A DNA stretch of 64,000 nucleotides from PVC group bacterium. Lineage in GTDB: Bacteria > Omnitrophota > Gorgyraeia > B26-G9. Position 1 is the first letter of the stretch, and each line of letters starts with the position of its first letter. The stretch spans positions 385,210-449,209 of the forward strand of contig JAAEQR010000072.1 of the NCBI GenBank assembly GCA_024231215.1, given 5' to 3'. Below the pieces are notes generated by a model, which worked only from the letters and a program-made list of their open reading frames with translations, was not told the origin of the DNA and did no database searches. This document shows positions 37,607 through 47,734 of this stretch, in pieces. The position numbers and the translations under genes were made by a program.

Positions 37607-38881
37607 ATGAAGCTAGATAACTTTTTAAAAGATGCCAGTATAATGTTTGTCGCTACTATTGTCAGTAGTGCTTGTGCTATGTTATATCAATTATTCATGG
37701 TCCGGTCTTTGGATCCTATAGATTTTGGTGTTTTAAATACATTACTGTCTATGACAATCATTGTTTCTATGCCCACAGGCCCTCTTCAGGCGGTAGTTAC
37801 AAGGTTTGTGGCTACCTTAAAGGCTGGTAATAATTGGAGGGAAATTAGTGATTTTTTAGTATTGTTCTTTAAAAAAGTATTTGTTCTGGGTATTATAGTT
37901 TTTTTGATTTTTTTCTTATTTAGAAATAAGATTGCCGGATTTTTAAAGATTACAGATAATTATTTGATAATTATGTTCGGGTTTTTGATGATGTTTGCGA
38001 CTATCCAGCCATTTAACTTAGGAGGACTGCAGGGGTTGCAAAAATTTAAGAGCCTGGGATTGGTTAATATCATTAATGCTTTGGCACGGTTGGTTTTTGG
38101 TGTTATTTTAATAAAATTTGGTTTTAAGGTGTATGGAGCATTAGGAGCGATAATCCTGTCGGGATTACTCACAATAATATTTTCTTTTATACCGCTTAGT
38201 CCATATTTTTCTTCTCAGAAGAGAGGAGAAAAATATAACTTTAAAAGTGTAACAAAACGGTTAGATTTATTAGCTGTCTATAAGAGTTTTTTGCCGGCAT
38301 TTATTATTTTGTCTAGCTTTGGGCTTTTGACCAATATTGATATTGTTTTGGTTAAACATTTTTTTCCGGAAGCGGAGGCCGGCATTTATTCTATTGCCCA
38401 GATTTTTGGCAAAATAATTTTATTTTTACCAAGTGCGATTGTTATGGTTATGTTTCCGAAACTTACGGAAAACCATGCTAAAAAGGAAAATACAACACGC
38501 ATGCTAAAGAAAGGGCTAGTAGTAACAGGGCTGATGTGTTTTTTAGTCAGTACGGGTTTTATTATGTTTCCACAGTTGACTTTAAAATTGCTGACCGGGA
38601 AGGCTCATCTTGATGCAATTCCTTTGATTGCTCCGTTTTCGATAAGTATGAGCTTTTTTGCTTTAAATAATGTGTTTCAGTATTACCATCTTTCGACTCA
38701 TAATGTTAAAGGAGTTTATTTGTTTTTAATCGCGGTAGTATTGCAGATTTTGTTGATTTGTTTGTATCATGGCAGTTTGTTGCAAGTTTTATACGTGCTT
38801 ACCGGGTGTGCTGCTTTATTGTTTTTTGCGAACACGGTAACAATAAAAAGGATGATAAAAAATGAGAAGTTTGCAGGATAA
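37607..38881 (+). CDS. wzx: MOP-superfamily polysaccharide flippase (Wzx-like O-unit/oligosaccharide translocase)
   Basis: 424 aa with about 12 predicted TM helices and the polysaccharide-biosynthesis-protein architecture. It is the first gene of the glycan locus. Confidence 0.65.
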   Translation: MKLDNFLKDASIMFVATIVSSACAMLYQLFMVRSLDPIDFGVLNTLLSMTIIVSMPTGPLQAVVTRFVATLKAGNNWREISDFLVLFFKKVFVLGIIVFLIFFLFRNKIAGFLKITDNYLIIMFGFLMMFATIQPFNLGGLQGLQKFKSLGLVNIINALARLVFGVILIKFGFKVYGALGAIILSGLLTIIFSFIPLSPYFSSQKRGEKYNFKSVTKRLDLLAVYKSFLPAFIILSSFGLLTNIDIVLVKHFFPEAEAGIYSIAQIFGKIILFLPSAIVMVMFPKLTENHAKKENTTRMLKKGLVVTGLMCFLVSTGFIMFPQLTLKLLTGKAHLDAIPLIAPFSISMSFFALNNVFQYYHLSTHNVKGVYLFLIAVVLQILLICLYHGSLLQVLYVLTGCAALLFFANTVTIKRMIKNEKFAG

Positions 38882-39707
38882 AAAGATATCCGTAATTATT
38901 CCGGCCTTTAATGAAGTGTGTCATATAAAGGAAAATATTGAAGAAACAATTAGAACCTTTGATGACTTCAAATGTTATTATGAGATTATAGTTGTTGACG
39001 ATGGCAGTAAAGATGGAACCTATCCTAAAATCAAGGAGCTAGCCGGAAAATTTAATAACGGAGAAGTGCTTGTTAAACGGAATTTTGAGAATTTCGGTAA
39101 AGGCCGCGCCTTAAAAAAAGGAGTTCGTTCTGCTAACGGTGAATATATTATCTTTCTGGATGCGGATATGGACTTACACCCCGGACAAATAGCTACTTTT
39201 TTTGACATTATGGAGCTTACCGAAGCAGATATTGTTATTGGTTCAAAAATGCATCCGAATTCACAGCTGGAATATCCCTGGTATCGTAAGTTGATGAGTA
39301 CGGTTTATTATCGGGTAGTAAAGATGATGTTTGGGTTGCCTGTTCGGGATACCCAAACCGGATTAAAATTATTTAAAGCTGAAGTATTACAAGAAGTAAT
39401 GCCGAAGATTGTAATAAAAAAGTTTGCTTTTGATATGGAAATTTTAGCACTTGCCTGTCGCAGCGGATATAAGATAGAAGAGGCTCCAATTATTCTTAAT
39501 AGCCAGCGTGTATTCGGCAGAATCGGGATTTGGGCAATATGGAAGACATTGCTTGATACTCTGGCAATATTTTATAGGATGTATATCATTAAATATTACG
39601 ATAAGATTGAACTGGATTTAGACACAAAACCAAAGAGAAACGGATTGCGTAAGAAAAAACGCATGAGGCAAAGAATAGCTGGGATGATCAGGTTACAATT
39701 ATGGTGA
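38862..39707 (+). CDS. GT2 polyprenyl-phosphate sugar transferase-like glycosyltransferase (ArnC/GtrB/DPM1-like)
   Basis: ISVIIPAFNE...IIVVDDGSKDGT, a DXD (FLDADMD) motif, and a C-terminal hydrophobic segment, as in Und-P glycosyltransferases. Confidence 0.7.
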   Translation: MRSLQDKKISVIIPAFNEVCHIKENIEETIRTFDDFKCYYEIIVVDDGSKDGTYPKIKELAGKFNNGEVLVKRNFENFGKGRALKKGVRSANGEYIIFLDADMDLHPGQIATFFDIMELTEADIVIGSKMHPNSQLEYPWYRKLMSTVYYRVVKMMFGLPVRDTQTGLKLFKAEVLQEVMPKIVIKKFAFDMEILALACRSGYKIEEAPIILNSQRVFGRIGIWAIWKTLLDTLAIFYRMYIIKYYDKIELDLDTKPKRNGLRKKKRMRQRIAGMIRLQLW

Positions 39708-39711
39708 AAAC

Positions 39712-40674
39712 ATGAATATTTTAATAACAGGTGGGGCAGGGTTTATTGGTTCACATTTATGTAAAAGGTTCCTTAGTGAAGGGCATTCTGTTATTTGTTT
39801 AGATAATTTTATTACAGGTTCCAGAAAGAATGTCGAATCGGTTCTTGAGAATGATAAATTTAAGCTTATTGAGCATGACATTTCAAACCCGATAATTTTA
39901 GATGAAGATATTGATTGGGTTCTGCATTTTGCCTCATTGGCGTCGCCGGTTCATTATATGAAGTATCCGATAAAGACGCTAAAATCTGGTCTTAATGGGA
40001 CACATAATTGTTTGGGAATAGCTAAAGCTAAAAATGCAAAATTTTTCCTAGCATCTACATCTGAGGTGTACGGAGATCCTTTAGTACATCCACAAACTGA
40101 GGACTACTGGGGCAATGTGAATCCAGTAGGAATTCGCAGCTGTTATGATGAGAGTAAGAGGGGCGCAGAAGCATTAACCTACGCTTATATGCGTAAGCAT
40201 GATGTAGATGTGAGGGTAATCAGAATTTTTAATACCTATGGCCCTAATATGCAGATTAATGACGGCCGTGTGGTTTCAAATTTTATTGTGCAGGCGCTTA
40301 ATAACGAAGACTTGACTATATACGGAGATGGATTGCAGACCCGGTCTTTTTGCTATGTTGATGATTTAGTAGCAGGGATTCGGAAGTTAATGGAGGTTGA
40401 CTACAAACAGCCGTTAAACCTGGGGAATCCGGGTGAATATACAGTGGCGGATTTGGCCAAGATGATAATAGAATTGATTGGTGCTAATTCAAAAATTAAA
40501 TTTGAGTTACTGCCCCAAGATGATCCTAAGCGAAGACGTCCGGACATTACAAAAGTAAAAGCGATGTTGGGCTGGGAACCACAGGTTCCGGTACAAGAGG
40601 GAATAAAGAAAACAGCAGAATGGTTTGCTGAACAGTTAAAAATTAAAAAAGAGAAAAAAGAGAAAGTTAAATGA
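39712..40674 (+). CDS. uxs: UDP-glucuronate decarboxylase (UDP-xylose synthase), extended SDR
   Basis: MNILITGGAGFIGSHL Rossmann motif and catalytic YDESKR (YxxxK). Highly characteristic UXS/ArnA-C-terminal-type sequence. Adjacent to ugd. Confidence 0.8.
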   Translation: MNILITGGAGFIGSHLCKRFLSEGHSVICLDNFITGSRKNVESVLENDKFKLIEHDISNPIILDEDIDWVLHFASLASPVHYMKYPIKTLKSGLNGTHNCLGIAKAKNAKFFLASTSEVYGDPLVHPQTEDYWGNVNPVGIRSCYDESKRGAEALTYAYMRKHDVDVRVIRIFNTYGPNMQINDGRVVSNFIVQALNNEDLTIYGDGLQTRSFCYVDDLVAGIRKLMEVDYKQPLNLGNPGEYTVADLAKMIIELIGANSKIKFELLPQDDPKRRRPDITKVKAMLGWEPQVPVQEGIKKTAEWFAEQLKIKKEKKEKVK

Positions 40675-41960
40675 ATATTGCTATAGTTGGTACAGGTTAT
40701 GTGGGATTAGTCTCAGGAACATGTTTTGCGGAATTAGGAAATACAGTGATTTGTGTTGATAACAATGAACAAAAAATAGCCGATCTGAACAATGGGAAAA
40801 TTCCTATCTATGAACCAGGCTTAGAGGAGCTGGTAAAGAAGAATAGAAAGAAGAAAAGACTTTCATTCACCTGCAATATTAAAGACGCAGTAAAAAAATC
40901 AAAGGTTATATTTATTGCCGTGGGCACGCCGCCAAAAGATAATGGAGATGCTGATCTTAGGTATATTGAAGATGTGTCTCGGAATATTGCCAGGAATATG
41001 AATACTTACAAAGTGGTGGTTGAGAAAAGCACTGTCCCGGTAGAGACGAACAAATGGGTTAAATATATTATGCGGCTGAACAATAATAAAATTGATTTTG
41101 ATGTGGCGTCTAATCCTGAATTTTTAAAAGAAGGATCGGCCATTGCTGATTTTATGCATCCAGACAGAATCGTGTTGGGTGTTGAGAGTGAGAAAGCTAA
41201 GAAGTTATTGATCCAGTTATATAAACCTCTTAAAGCACCTATAGTTATCACTAATATCCAGAGCGCCGAGATTATCAAACATGCTTCCAATTCATTTTTG
41301 GCAACAAAGATTTCTTTTATTAATGCAGTAGCTAATATTTGTGAAAAAGTAGGTGCCGATGTGGAACAGGTAGCTGAAGGCATGGGCATGGATAAAAGAA
41401 TTGGCCGGAATTTTTTAAATGCAGGGGTAGGGTACGGAGGAAGTTGTTTTCCGAAAGATGTGAAAGCGTTTATCAGGATTGCGGAAAAACTGGGTTGTGG
41501 GTTTGAAATGTTAAAAGAAGTCGAAAGAGTTAACGAAGACCAAAAGAAGTTATTATTTAAAAAAATTGAACAGGCGTTATGGATCTTAAATGAAAAAACT
41601 ATTGGAATCTTGGGGGTGGCGTTTAAACCGGACACAGATGATATTAGAAGCGCTCCAGCAATAGATATTATGAAAATGCTTCAGGGCGAAGGAGCTCATG
41701 TTAAAGCATATGATCCTAAGGCAATGGAGCATGCCAAAGACATTTTGCCTAATGTTGAGTTTTGTAAAAATGCATATGAAGTTGCTAAGGGAGCTGATGC
41801 ATTGGTTATCATGACTGAGTGGCCGGAATTCAAGAAATTAAATCTTAGTAAAATTAAGACAATTTTGCATCATCCAATTATTATCGATGGTAGGAATATT
41901 TTCAATCCGGCAAAAATGAAAAAAATGGGATTTAAATATACAAATGTCGGGAATTTGTAA
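40671..41960 (+). CDS. ugd: UDP-glucose 6-dehydrogenase
   Basis: N-terminal GTGYVGLVSG NAD-binding motif and catalytic Cys region GYGGSCFPKD. ATGA overlap with uxs. Confidence 0.9.
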   Translation: MNIAIVGTGYVGLVSGTCFAELGNTVICVDNNEQKIADLNNGKIPIYEPGLEELVKKNRKKKRLSFTCNIKDAVKKSKVIFIAVGTPPKDNGDADLRYIEDVSRNIARNMNTYKVVVEKSTVPVETNKWVKYIMRLNNNKIDFDVASNPEFLKEGSAIADFMHPDRIVLGVESEKAKKLLIQLYKPLKAPIVITNIQSAEIIKHASNSFLATKISFINAVANICEKVGADVEQVAEGMGMDKRIGRNFLNAGVGYGGSCFPKDVKAFIRIAEKLGCGFEMLKEVERVNEDQKKLLFKKIEQALWILNEKTIGILGVAFKPDTDDIRSAPAIDIMKMLQGEGAHVKAYDPKAMEHAKDILPNVEFCKNAYEVAKGADALVIMTEWPEFKKLNLSKIKTILHHPIIIDGRNIFNPAKMKKMGFKYTNVGNL

Positions 41961-41990
41961 TATTGAGAATCATTATGAAAGGTTTTTGCA

Positions 41991-42992
41991 ATGGGTGATG
42001 GTAGTGTCGCAGTAATAATTCCGGCGAAACGGTTTAATAATAAACTGAATAAGTGTATAGAGAGATGTCTGGCACTGGATTATCCTAATTATGATATTAT
42101 TGTTTTACCGGATGAATCATTCCAGGAGTTTTCTGATAAAATAAAGGTTATACCCACGGATGATATTGGCCCTGCATTAAAAAGAGATAAGGTTTTAGAG
42201 CATTCGCAGGCAGAATTCTTTGCTTTTTTAGATGATGATGCTTATCCAGCAGTGGATTGGCTGAGAAATGCAGTGCGGCATTTTGAAAATAGCGAAGTTG
42301 CTGCGGTTTGTGGTCCGGCAGTTACCCCGGAAGACAGTTCGTTACTGGCAAAGGCCAGTGGGTATGTTTATTCTTCTTTTCTGGCTACCGGAAAGTATGC
42401 TTACCGATATATCCCAACAAAAATTCGAGAGGTTGATGATTATCCGTCTTGTAATTTTATTATCAGACGTGATGTTTTCGATCAGATGGGAGGATTTGAT
42501 AGCGTTTTCTTTCCTGGGGAAGACACCAAATTATGTTTGGATATTACTAAAAAATTGCGTAAAAAGATAATATATGACCCTTCAATTTTGGTTTTTCATC
42601 ATCGCCGGGAATTATGGAAACCTCATTTGTCGCAAGTAGCAAATTATGCGTTGCACCGCGGGTATTTTGCAAAGCGATATCCAAGTACATCCTTACGGAT
42701 CGTTTATTTTATTCCAAGTATTTTTGTTATATGTATAATTGGGGGAGCAATAGCAGCTTTAGTTAATAGAACTTTAGGTGTTTTTTATTTGAGTGCGATT
42801 CTGGTGTATATGTTTTTGCTCATATCTCATACTATGCTGATGTTATGGAGCAATGAAAATGATGAGTCTATTATAAATAAAATAAAATTAGTTATCCTTG
42901 TTACAGCTGGAATAGTTCTTACACATATTAGTTATGGGGAATATTTCATAGCAGGGTTATTGTCAATAAGACTAAAGGAAGAAGTTCAATGA
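41991..42992 (+). CDS. GT2-family glycosyltransferase with C-terminal membrane segments
   Basis: N-terminal GT-A region (VAVIIPAKR...YDIIVLPDE, DDDA). Two C-terminal TM helices. Confidence 0.6.
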   Translation: MGDGSVAVIIPAKRFNNKLNKCIERCLALDYPNYDIIVLPDESFQEFSDKIKVIPTDDIGPALKRDKVLEHSQAEFFAFLDDDAYPAVDWLRNAVRHFENSEVAAVCGPAVTPEDSSLLAKASGYVYSSFLATGKYAYRYIPTKIREVDDYPSCNFIIRRDVFDQMGGFDSVFFPGEDTKLCLDITKKLRKKIIYDPSILVFHHRRELWKPHLSQVANYALHRGYFAKRYPSTSLRIVYFIPSIFVICIIGGAIAALVNRTLGVFYLSAILVYMFLLISHTMLMLWSNENDESIINKIKLVILVTAGIVLTHISYGEYFIAGLLSIRLKEEVQ

Positions 42993-44512
42993 AGGTTGTT
43001 ATTTCATATCCGCCTTTAAAATTAGATAAAGGAGTTCCGTTACTGTCTCAGAACAGGCAGTTCCAGTATTTTAAGGAGCCTACATATATTTATCCTGTGG
43101 TTCCGGCTCAGGCTGCGTCACTTTTAAAGAGAGAAGGATTTGATGTTATCTGGAATGATTGTATTGCCCAAGAATGGACACTTTCACAATTCAGAGACTT
43201 TATTAAAGACGAAAAGCCGGATGTAATTGCTATTGAGACTAAGTCACCGGTTGTAAAAGAACATTGGGGAATTATTGATGAGCTAAAGCAGATATCTTCA
43301 GGATGGGGTATGAAAATAATTTTATTCGGGGATCATGTAACAGCAATGCCTGAAGAGTCTATGCAGAATTCAAAAGTAGATTTTGTCCTGACTGGCGGCA
43401 ATTACGATTTCCTACTGTTAAGTCTCTGTCAGACTTTAAAAAAATTTCCACTGACCGCCAATCCTTGTACCCTAAATCATGATATAGAACCTGGTATCTG
43501 GTATCGTGAGAACAGAGAGATTAAAAATACCGGTAAATTTAAGCTGAATCATGATTTGAACACATTGCCGTTTATTGATCGGGATTTAACCAACTGGAAA
43601 TTATATGCCTATAAGAACGGTAATTATCGTTGTACTCCGGGAACTTATATTATGAGCGGCCGGGATTGCTGGTGGGGTAAATGTACGTTTTGCAGTTGGC
43701 CTCAATTATATCCTGAATTCAGGAGCAGGACAGCAGCCAATGTTTTGGATGAAATTGAAATCCTGGTTAATAAATATGGGGTTAAGGAGATTATGGATGA
43801 TTCAGGTTCTTTCCCGATAGGAAACTGGCTCAAAGAGTTTTGCCAAGGGATGATTAGCCGAGGGCTTAACAAAAAAGTAACGCTTGATTGTAATATGCGT
43901 TTTGGCGCACTGTCACTTGAAGAATATAAATTGATGAGAAAAGCAGGTTTTAGGTTTCTGCTTTTTGGTATTGAATCGGCTAATCAAAAGACTCTAGATA
44001 AGATAAACAAGAATTTAAAAGTGGAGGCAATTACCGAGTCTTGCCGTAACGCGCGCAAGGCTGGATTATATCCACATATAACAATAATGTTTGGTTATCC
44101 CTGGGAAAGTTATGAGGATGCTCAAAACACTCTTAAACTAGGCAAATTTCTGCTTGAAAAAGACTATGCTTATACCATGCAGTCTACGATAGTTGTGCCT
44201 TATCCGGGTACTTTGCTATATAAAGACTGCAAAGAAAAGGATCTGCTTTACACTACAGATTGGACAGAATATGACATGAGAAAACCGGTAATGAAGATTG
44301 ATTTTTCTCCGGAAAAACTGCTAGAATTAGTGCAGAGTTTATATTCAGTGAGTTTTTCTCCGGAATTTGTCTTTAGGAAGATATTAAGTATTCGAGAGTT
44401 TGAAGATATTAAATATTTTGCTCGGGCTTTTTTTAAAGTGACTGGGCATTTATTCGATTTTAAGAACAGAGAAACTAAGTGCAGTTGTAATTGTGGAAGT
44501 AGTAGTTGTTAG
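42989..44512 (+). CDS. B12-binding-domain radical SAM protein (class B-like) with atypical CX4CX2C cluster motif
   Basis: N-terminal Rossmann-like B12-binding domain (IILFGDH). Cys motif DCWWGKCTFCSW, plus an extra Cys 11 residues upstream. C-terminal rSAM barrel motifs. Confidence 0.7.
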   Translation: MKVVISYPPLKLDKGVPLLSQNRQFQYFKEPTYIYPVVPAQAASLLKREGFDVIWNDCIAQEWTLSQFRDFIKDEKPDVIAIETKSPVVKEHWGIIDELKQISSGWGMKIILFGDHVTAMPEESMQNSKVDFVLTGGNYDFLLLSLCQTLKKFPLTANPCTLNHDIEPGIWYRENREIKNTGKFKLNHDLNTLPFIDRDLTNWKLYAYKNGNYRCTPGTYIMSGRDCWWGKCTFCSWPQLYPEFRSRTAANVLDEIEILVNKYGVKEIMDDSGSFPIGNWLKEFCQGMISRGLNKKVTLDCNMRFGALSLEEYKLMRKAGFRFLLFGIESANQKTLDKINKNLKVEAITESCRNARKAGLYPHITIMFGYPWESYEDAQNTLKLGKFLLEKDYAYTMQSTIVVPYPGTLLYKDCKEKDLLYTTDWTEYDMRKPVMKIDFSPEKLLELVQSLYSVSFSPEFVFRKILSIREFEDIKYFARAFFKVTGHLFDFKNRETKCSCNCGSSSC

Positions 44513-44534
44513 CAATAATTTTAACGGAGGTTTT

Positions 44535-45581
44535 ATGTCACAGAAGAGAATTTTAATAACGGGTGGTGCGGGATTAGTTGGAAGTCATACGGCTGAATAT
44601 TATGCTCAAAAAGGAGAGCAGGTAACGATTTTAGATAACCTGATGCGTTCGAAGTTGTTTGGATATGATAAGGAAAGTGTAGAATATAATTGGAACTATT
44701 TAGATAAATACCCGAATATAAAGAAAATAAAAGGGGATATCCGGAACACAGAAGATGTGAAAAAAGCTTTGGGTGATGGAATGGATGTGATTATTCATAC
44801 CGCGGGACAGCCTGGCGTAGGATTTTCCATAGATAATCCGGAAGAAGACTATTCAATTAACGGGTTTGGGACTTTTAATGTGCTTGAGTGCGCAAGGAAA
44901 GTTTGTCCGAAGACGACGTTTATTTATTGCTCTACAAATAAAGTATACGGAGAAAATGTAGAAAAGATCCCTTTGGTTGAATCAGAAAAACGTTATGAAT
45001 TTGAAGGTGGTAAAATTGTATCTGAAACAATGTCGATAGACCATTGTGGACATACGCCTTACGGAGCGAGTAAATTTATGGGGGATATCTATACCCAGGA
45101 ATACGGGTATACATTTGGGTTAAAGACTTGTGTTTTTAGAATGAGCTGTATTTTTGGAACCAGACAGTTTGGTTTTGAAGATCAGGGTTGGCTGGCCTGG
45201 TTTATTATCGCAACGTTAACAAACCAGCCAATTACGATTTATGGTGATGGTAAGCAGGTAAGAGATGTATTGTACGTGGAGGATTTGGTAAAGGCGTATG
45301 ATGCATTTGTTGAAAGCGATTTTGATCATAAGGTTTACAATGTCGGAGGAGGTATGCCGAATACGCTTTCTTTGCTTGAATTTGTAGATATTTTAAAAGA
45401 AGAAACGGGGAATGATATCAATTTGAAATTTGCAGATTGGCGTTTGGCTGATCAAAAGGTATATATTTCTGATATTTCAAAAATCAAGGAAGAGTTGGGT
45501 TGGTCCCCGAAGGTTAGTGCGCGTGATGGTATTATAAAAATAATCAATTGGGTTAAAGAAAACAAAGAATTTTTTAATTAA
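44535..45581 (+). CDS. CDP-paratose 2-epimerase-like (Tyv/RfbE-like) NAD-dependent epimerase; start chosen at the ATG with a GGAGG RBS
   Basis: ILITGGAGLVGSH, STNKVYG, YGASK (YxxxK), FGTRQFG..DQGWLAWF, GDGKQVRDVLYVEDL and WSPKVSARDG all match the CDP-tyvelose epimerase subfamily. Confidence 0.65.
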   Translation: MSQKRILITGGAGLVGSHTAEYYAQKGEQVTILDNLMRSKLFGYDKESVEYNWNYLDKYPNIKKIKGDIRNTEDVKKALGDGMDVIIHTAGQPGVGFSIDNPEEDYSINGFGTFNVLECARKVCPKTTFIYCSTNKVYGENVEKIPLVESEKRYEFEGGKIVSETMSIDHCGHTPYGASKFMGDIYTQEYGYTFGLKTCVFRMSCIFGTRQFGFEDQGWLAWFIIATLTNQPITIYGDGKQVRDVLYVEDLVKAYDAFVESDFDHKVYNVGGGMPNTLSLLEFVDILKEETGNDINLKFADWRLADQKVYISDISKIKEELGWSPKVSARDGIIKIINWVKENKEFFN

Positions 45582-45599
45582 AAACAAGGTTTTGGTCTA

Positions 45600-46709
45600 A
45601 TGAGAATTTTAATTTTTAATTGGCGGGATATAAAGCATCCTAAAGCAGGTGGAGCAGAGGTCTATATCCATGAAAATGCTAAACAGTGGGTAAAAGAGGG
45701 GCACGATGTTGCTATTTTAACTAGTAGTTTTAAGGGGGCAGCTGAACAGGATGATGTGATTGATGGAATAAAGATATATAGAGTCGGAGGTACTTATACT
45801 GTTTATTTGAGAGCGATGTGTCTTTATTTATCTAAACTTAAAGATAAGTATGATGTAATTGTCGATGCGGTAAATACCATACCTTTTTTCACCCCTCTAT
45901 ATGTGCGTAAGCCGATCATATCTTTGATATTTCAATTTACACGGGATGTGTATTTTAAAGTTTTCCCTTGGCTTATAGCCCAGATTGCTTATCATATTGA
46001 ACCTTTGCTTTTTAAATTATACAAAAAACATGCGGTTGTTGTACTTTCTGAAAGCATTAAACAGGAGTTAGTAGAAGATGGTTTTGCTGGAGAAAATATT
46101 TTTGTTGTAGAACCTGGGGTAGGGCATGTGGAGATGACTTCTTTCAAGAAAACAAAGATGCCGACGATTGTGTACTTAAACCGAATCATTCAATATAAAA
46201 ATCCTGACCATGTTGTTTTAGCTTTACCGGAGATAAAAAAACAGATTCCCGAAGCCAAGCTGGTTATTACCGGGTTTCGATTTGATAATGCGTATGAAAA
46301 AAAAGTAAAATCTCTGATCAAAGAACTTAATCTTCAAGAAGATGTCAAGACATATGGCTTTATATCGGGAGATAAAAAACGGGAACTTTTACAAAGCTCA
46401 TGGGTTCATGTTTTGCCGTCTATACGAGAGGGCTGGGGCATTTCTGTTATTGAAGCAGGTTATTATGGTACGCCTACGGTAGGATATGATACGGTAGGGT
46501 TGCGGGATTCTGTGCAAGACGGAAAAACCGGTATTTTAGTGCCGTCCGGAGATATTAAAGCTTTGGCTGATGCAATAACCAAAATGCTTAAAGAAGATGA
46601 GTTAAGAAATAGAATGGAAAAGAATGTTTCAGACTATGCGCGCACTTTTAATTATGATCAGAAAGCAAAAGTGTTCCTTGCTGTAATAGAGCAAAAGTAT
46701 AAGCCATGA
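45600..46709 (+). CDS. GT4-family (GT-B) glycosyltransferase
   Basis: C-terminal EGWGISVIEAGYYGTPTVGYDTVGLRDSVQDGKTGILV matches the GT4 nucleotide-sugar-binding motif. Confidence 0.8.
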   Translation: MRILIFNWRDIKHPKAGGAEVYIHENAKQWVKEGHDVAILTSSFKGAAEQDDVIDGIKIYRVGGTYTVYLRAMCLYLSKLKDKYDVIVDAVNTIPFFTPLYVRKPIISLIFQFTRDVYFKVFPWLIAQIAYHIEPLLFKLYKKHAVVVLSESIKQELVEDGFAGENIFVVEPGVGHVEMTSFKKTKMPTIVYLNRIIQYKNPDHVVLALPEIKKQIPEAKLVITGFRFDNAYEKKVKSLIKELNLQEDVKTYGFISGDKKRELLQSSWVHVLPSIREGWGISVIEAGYYGTPTVGYDTVGLRDSVQDGKTGILVPSGDIKALADAITKMLKEDELRNRMEKNVSDYARTFNYDQKAKVFLAVIEQKYKP

Positions 46710-47734
46710 TCATGAATTTACCAACAATATCTATTATTACTGTTGCTAAGAACTGTGAAGAATCATTGCTGGAATGTTATAGAAGAATAGATAGCCAGGA
46801 TTATCCTAAAGAAAAAATTGAGTTATTACTTATTGATGGCGGTTCCTGCGATGGTACGAAAGAAGTAGCCAAGAAGTATTCGGCGAGAGTTGTTGATGGA
46901 GGATACTCTGATAATCAGGAAGCAAGAAGATATGTTGGTTTCTGCGAAGCAAAAAATGACATATTAGCTTATATTGACGCGGATAATTTATTACCAGATG
47001 TTAATTGGCTTAAAGAAATGGTTCATCCTTTTGTGGATGATGCAGGAATTATCGCGACACAGACTTTAAGATATGGTTATGAGGCGAATCAAACAGCATT
47101 GAATAAATATTTTGCGTTATTCGGAGCTTGTGATCCGGTTGCTTTTTATTTGGGTAAAGCCGATAGATTGCCTTGGTTTTCAGATAAATGGAATCTGTCC
47201 GGAAAAATTGAAAAGGAAACAGATTTATATTATAAGATAAACTTCGAGGAAAATTCTTTCCCAACATTAGGCTGTAATGGTTTTTTGGTTAGAAGAAAGG
47301 TTTTTGAATCCTTAGAATGTACAGCAGAACATTTTCTTCATACTGATGTTCTTTTTGATCTTTTACAAAAGGGATTTTATAGTTACGGCATAGTAAAAAA
47401 TACGGTTATTCACGCTACGGCAAATACATATAGGCAGTTTATCGGCAAACGCATGAGGTATATGCAGACGCATCATCAACAACTGGGTGCTTGCCGTAGA
47501 TATAAAGTTTTTGATTCAAAAAAACAAAAGGATACCGTCGGGATTTTAAAATTTATTTTATTTTCAACTACAGGAATAATTCCTTTATTTGATAGTATTC
47601 GTGGATACTTGAAGGTCAGGGAAAGAGCATGGTTTTTACATCCATTTGTTTGCATTGGTTTTTTATTTGCATATGGGTATTCCTCGATAGCTCATATATT
47701 TAGTAATTGGCGAAATAGAAAGGGTTTATTATGA
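46706..47734 (+). CDS. GT2-family glycosyltransferase
   Basis: ISIITVAKNCEESL...LLLIDGGSCDGT and a DXD (IDADN) motif. Confidence 0.75.
   Translation: MIMNLPTISIITVAKNCEESLLECYRRIDSQDYPKEKIELLLIDGGSCDGTKEVAKKYSARVVDGGYSDNQEARRYVGFCEAKNDILAYIDADNLLPDVNWLKEMVHPFVDDAGIIATQTLRYGYEANQTALNKYFALFGACDPVAFYLGKADRLPWFSDKWNLSGKIEKETDLYYKINFEENSFPTLGCNGFLVRRKVFESLECTAEHFLHTDVLFDLLQKGFYSYGIVKNTVIHATANTYRQFIGKRMRYMQTHHQQLGACRRYKVFDSKKQKDTVGILKFILFSTTGIIPLFDSIRGYLKVRERAWFLHPFVCIGFLFAYGYSSIAHIFSNWRNRKGLL

Noticed and set aside
41006-41635. 209-aa minus-strand ORF inside ugd
   Set aside because: It is antisense to a highly conserved UDP-glucose dehydrogenase. It is serine/leucine-rich and low-complexity with no domain signature.
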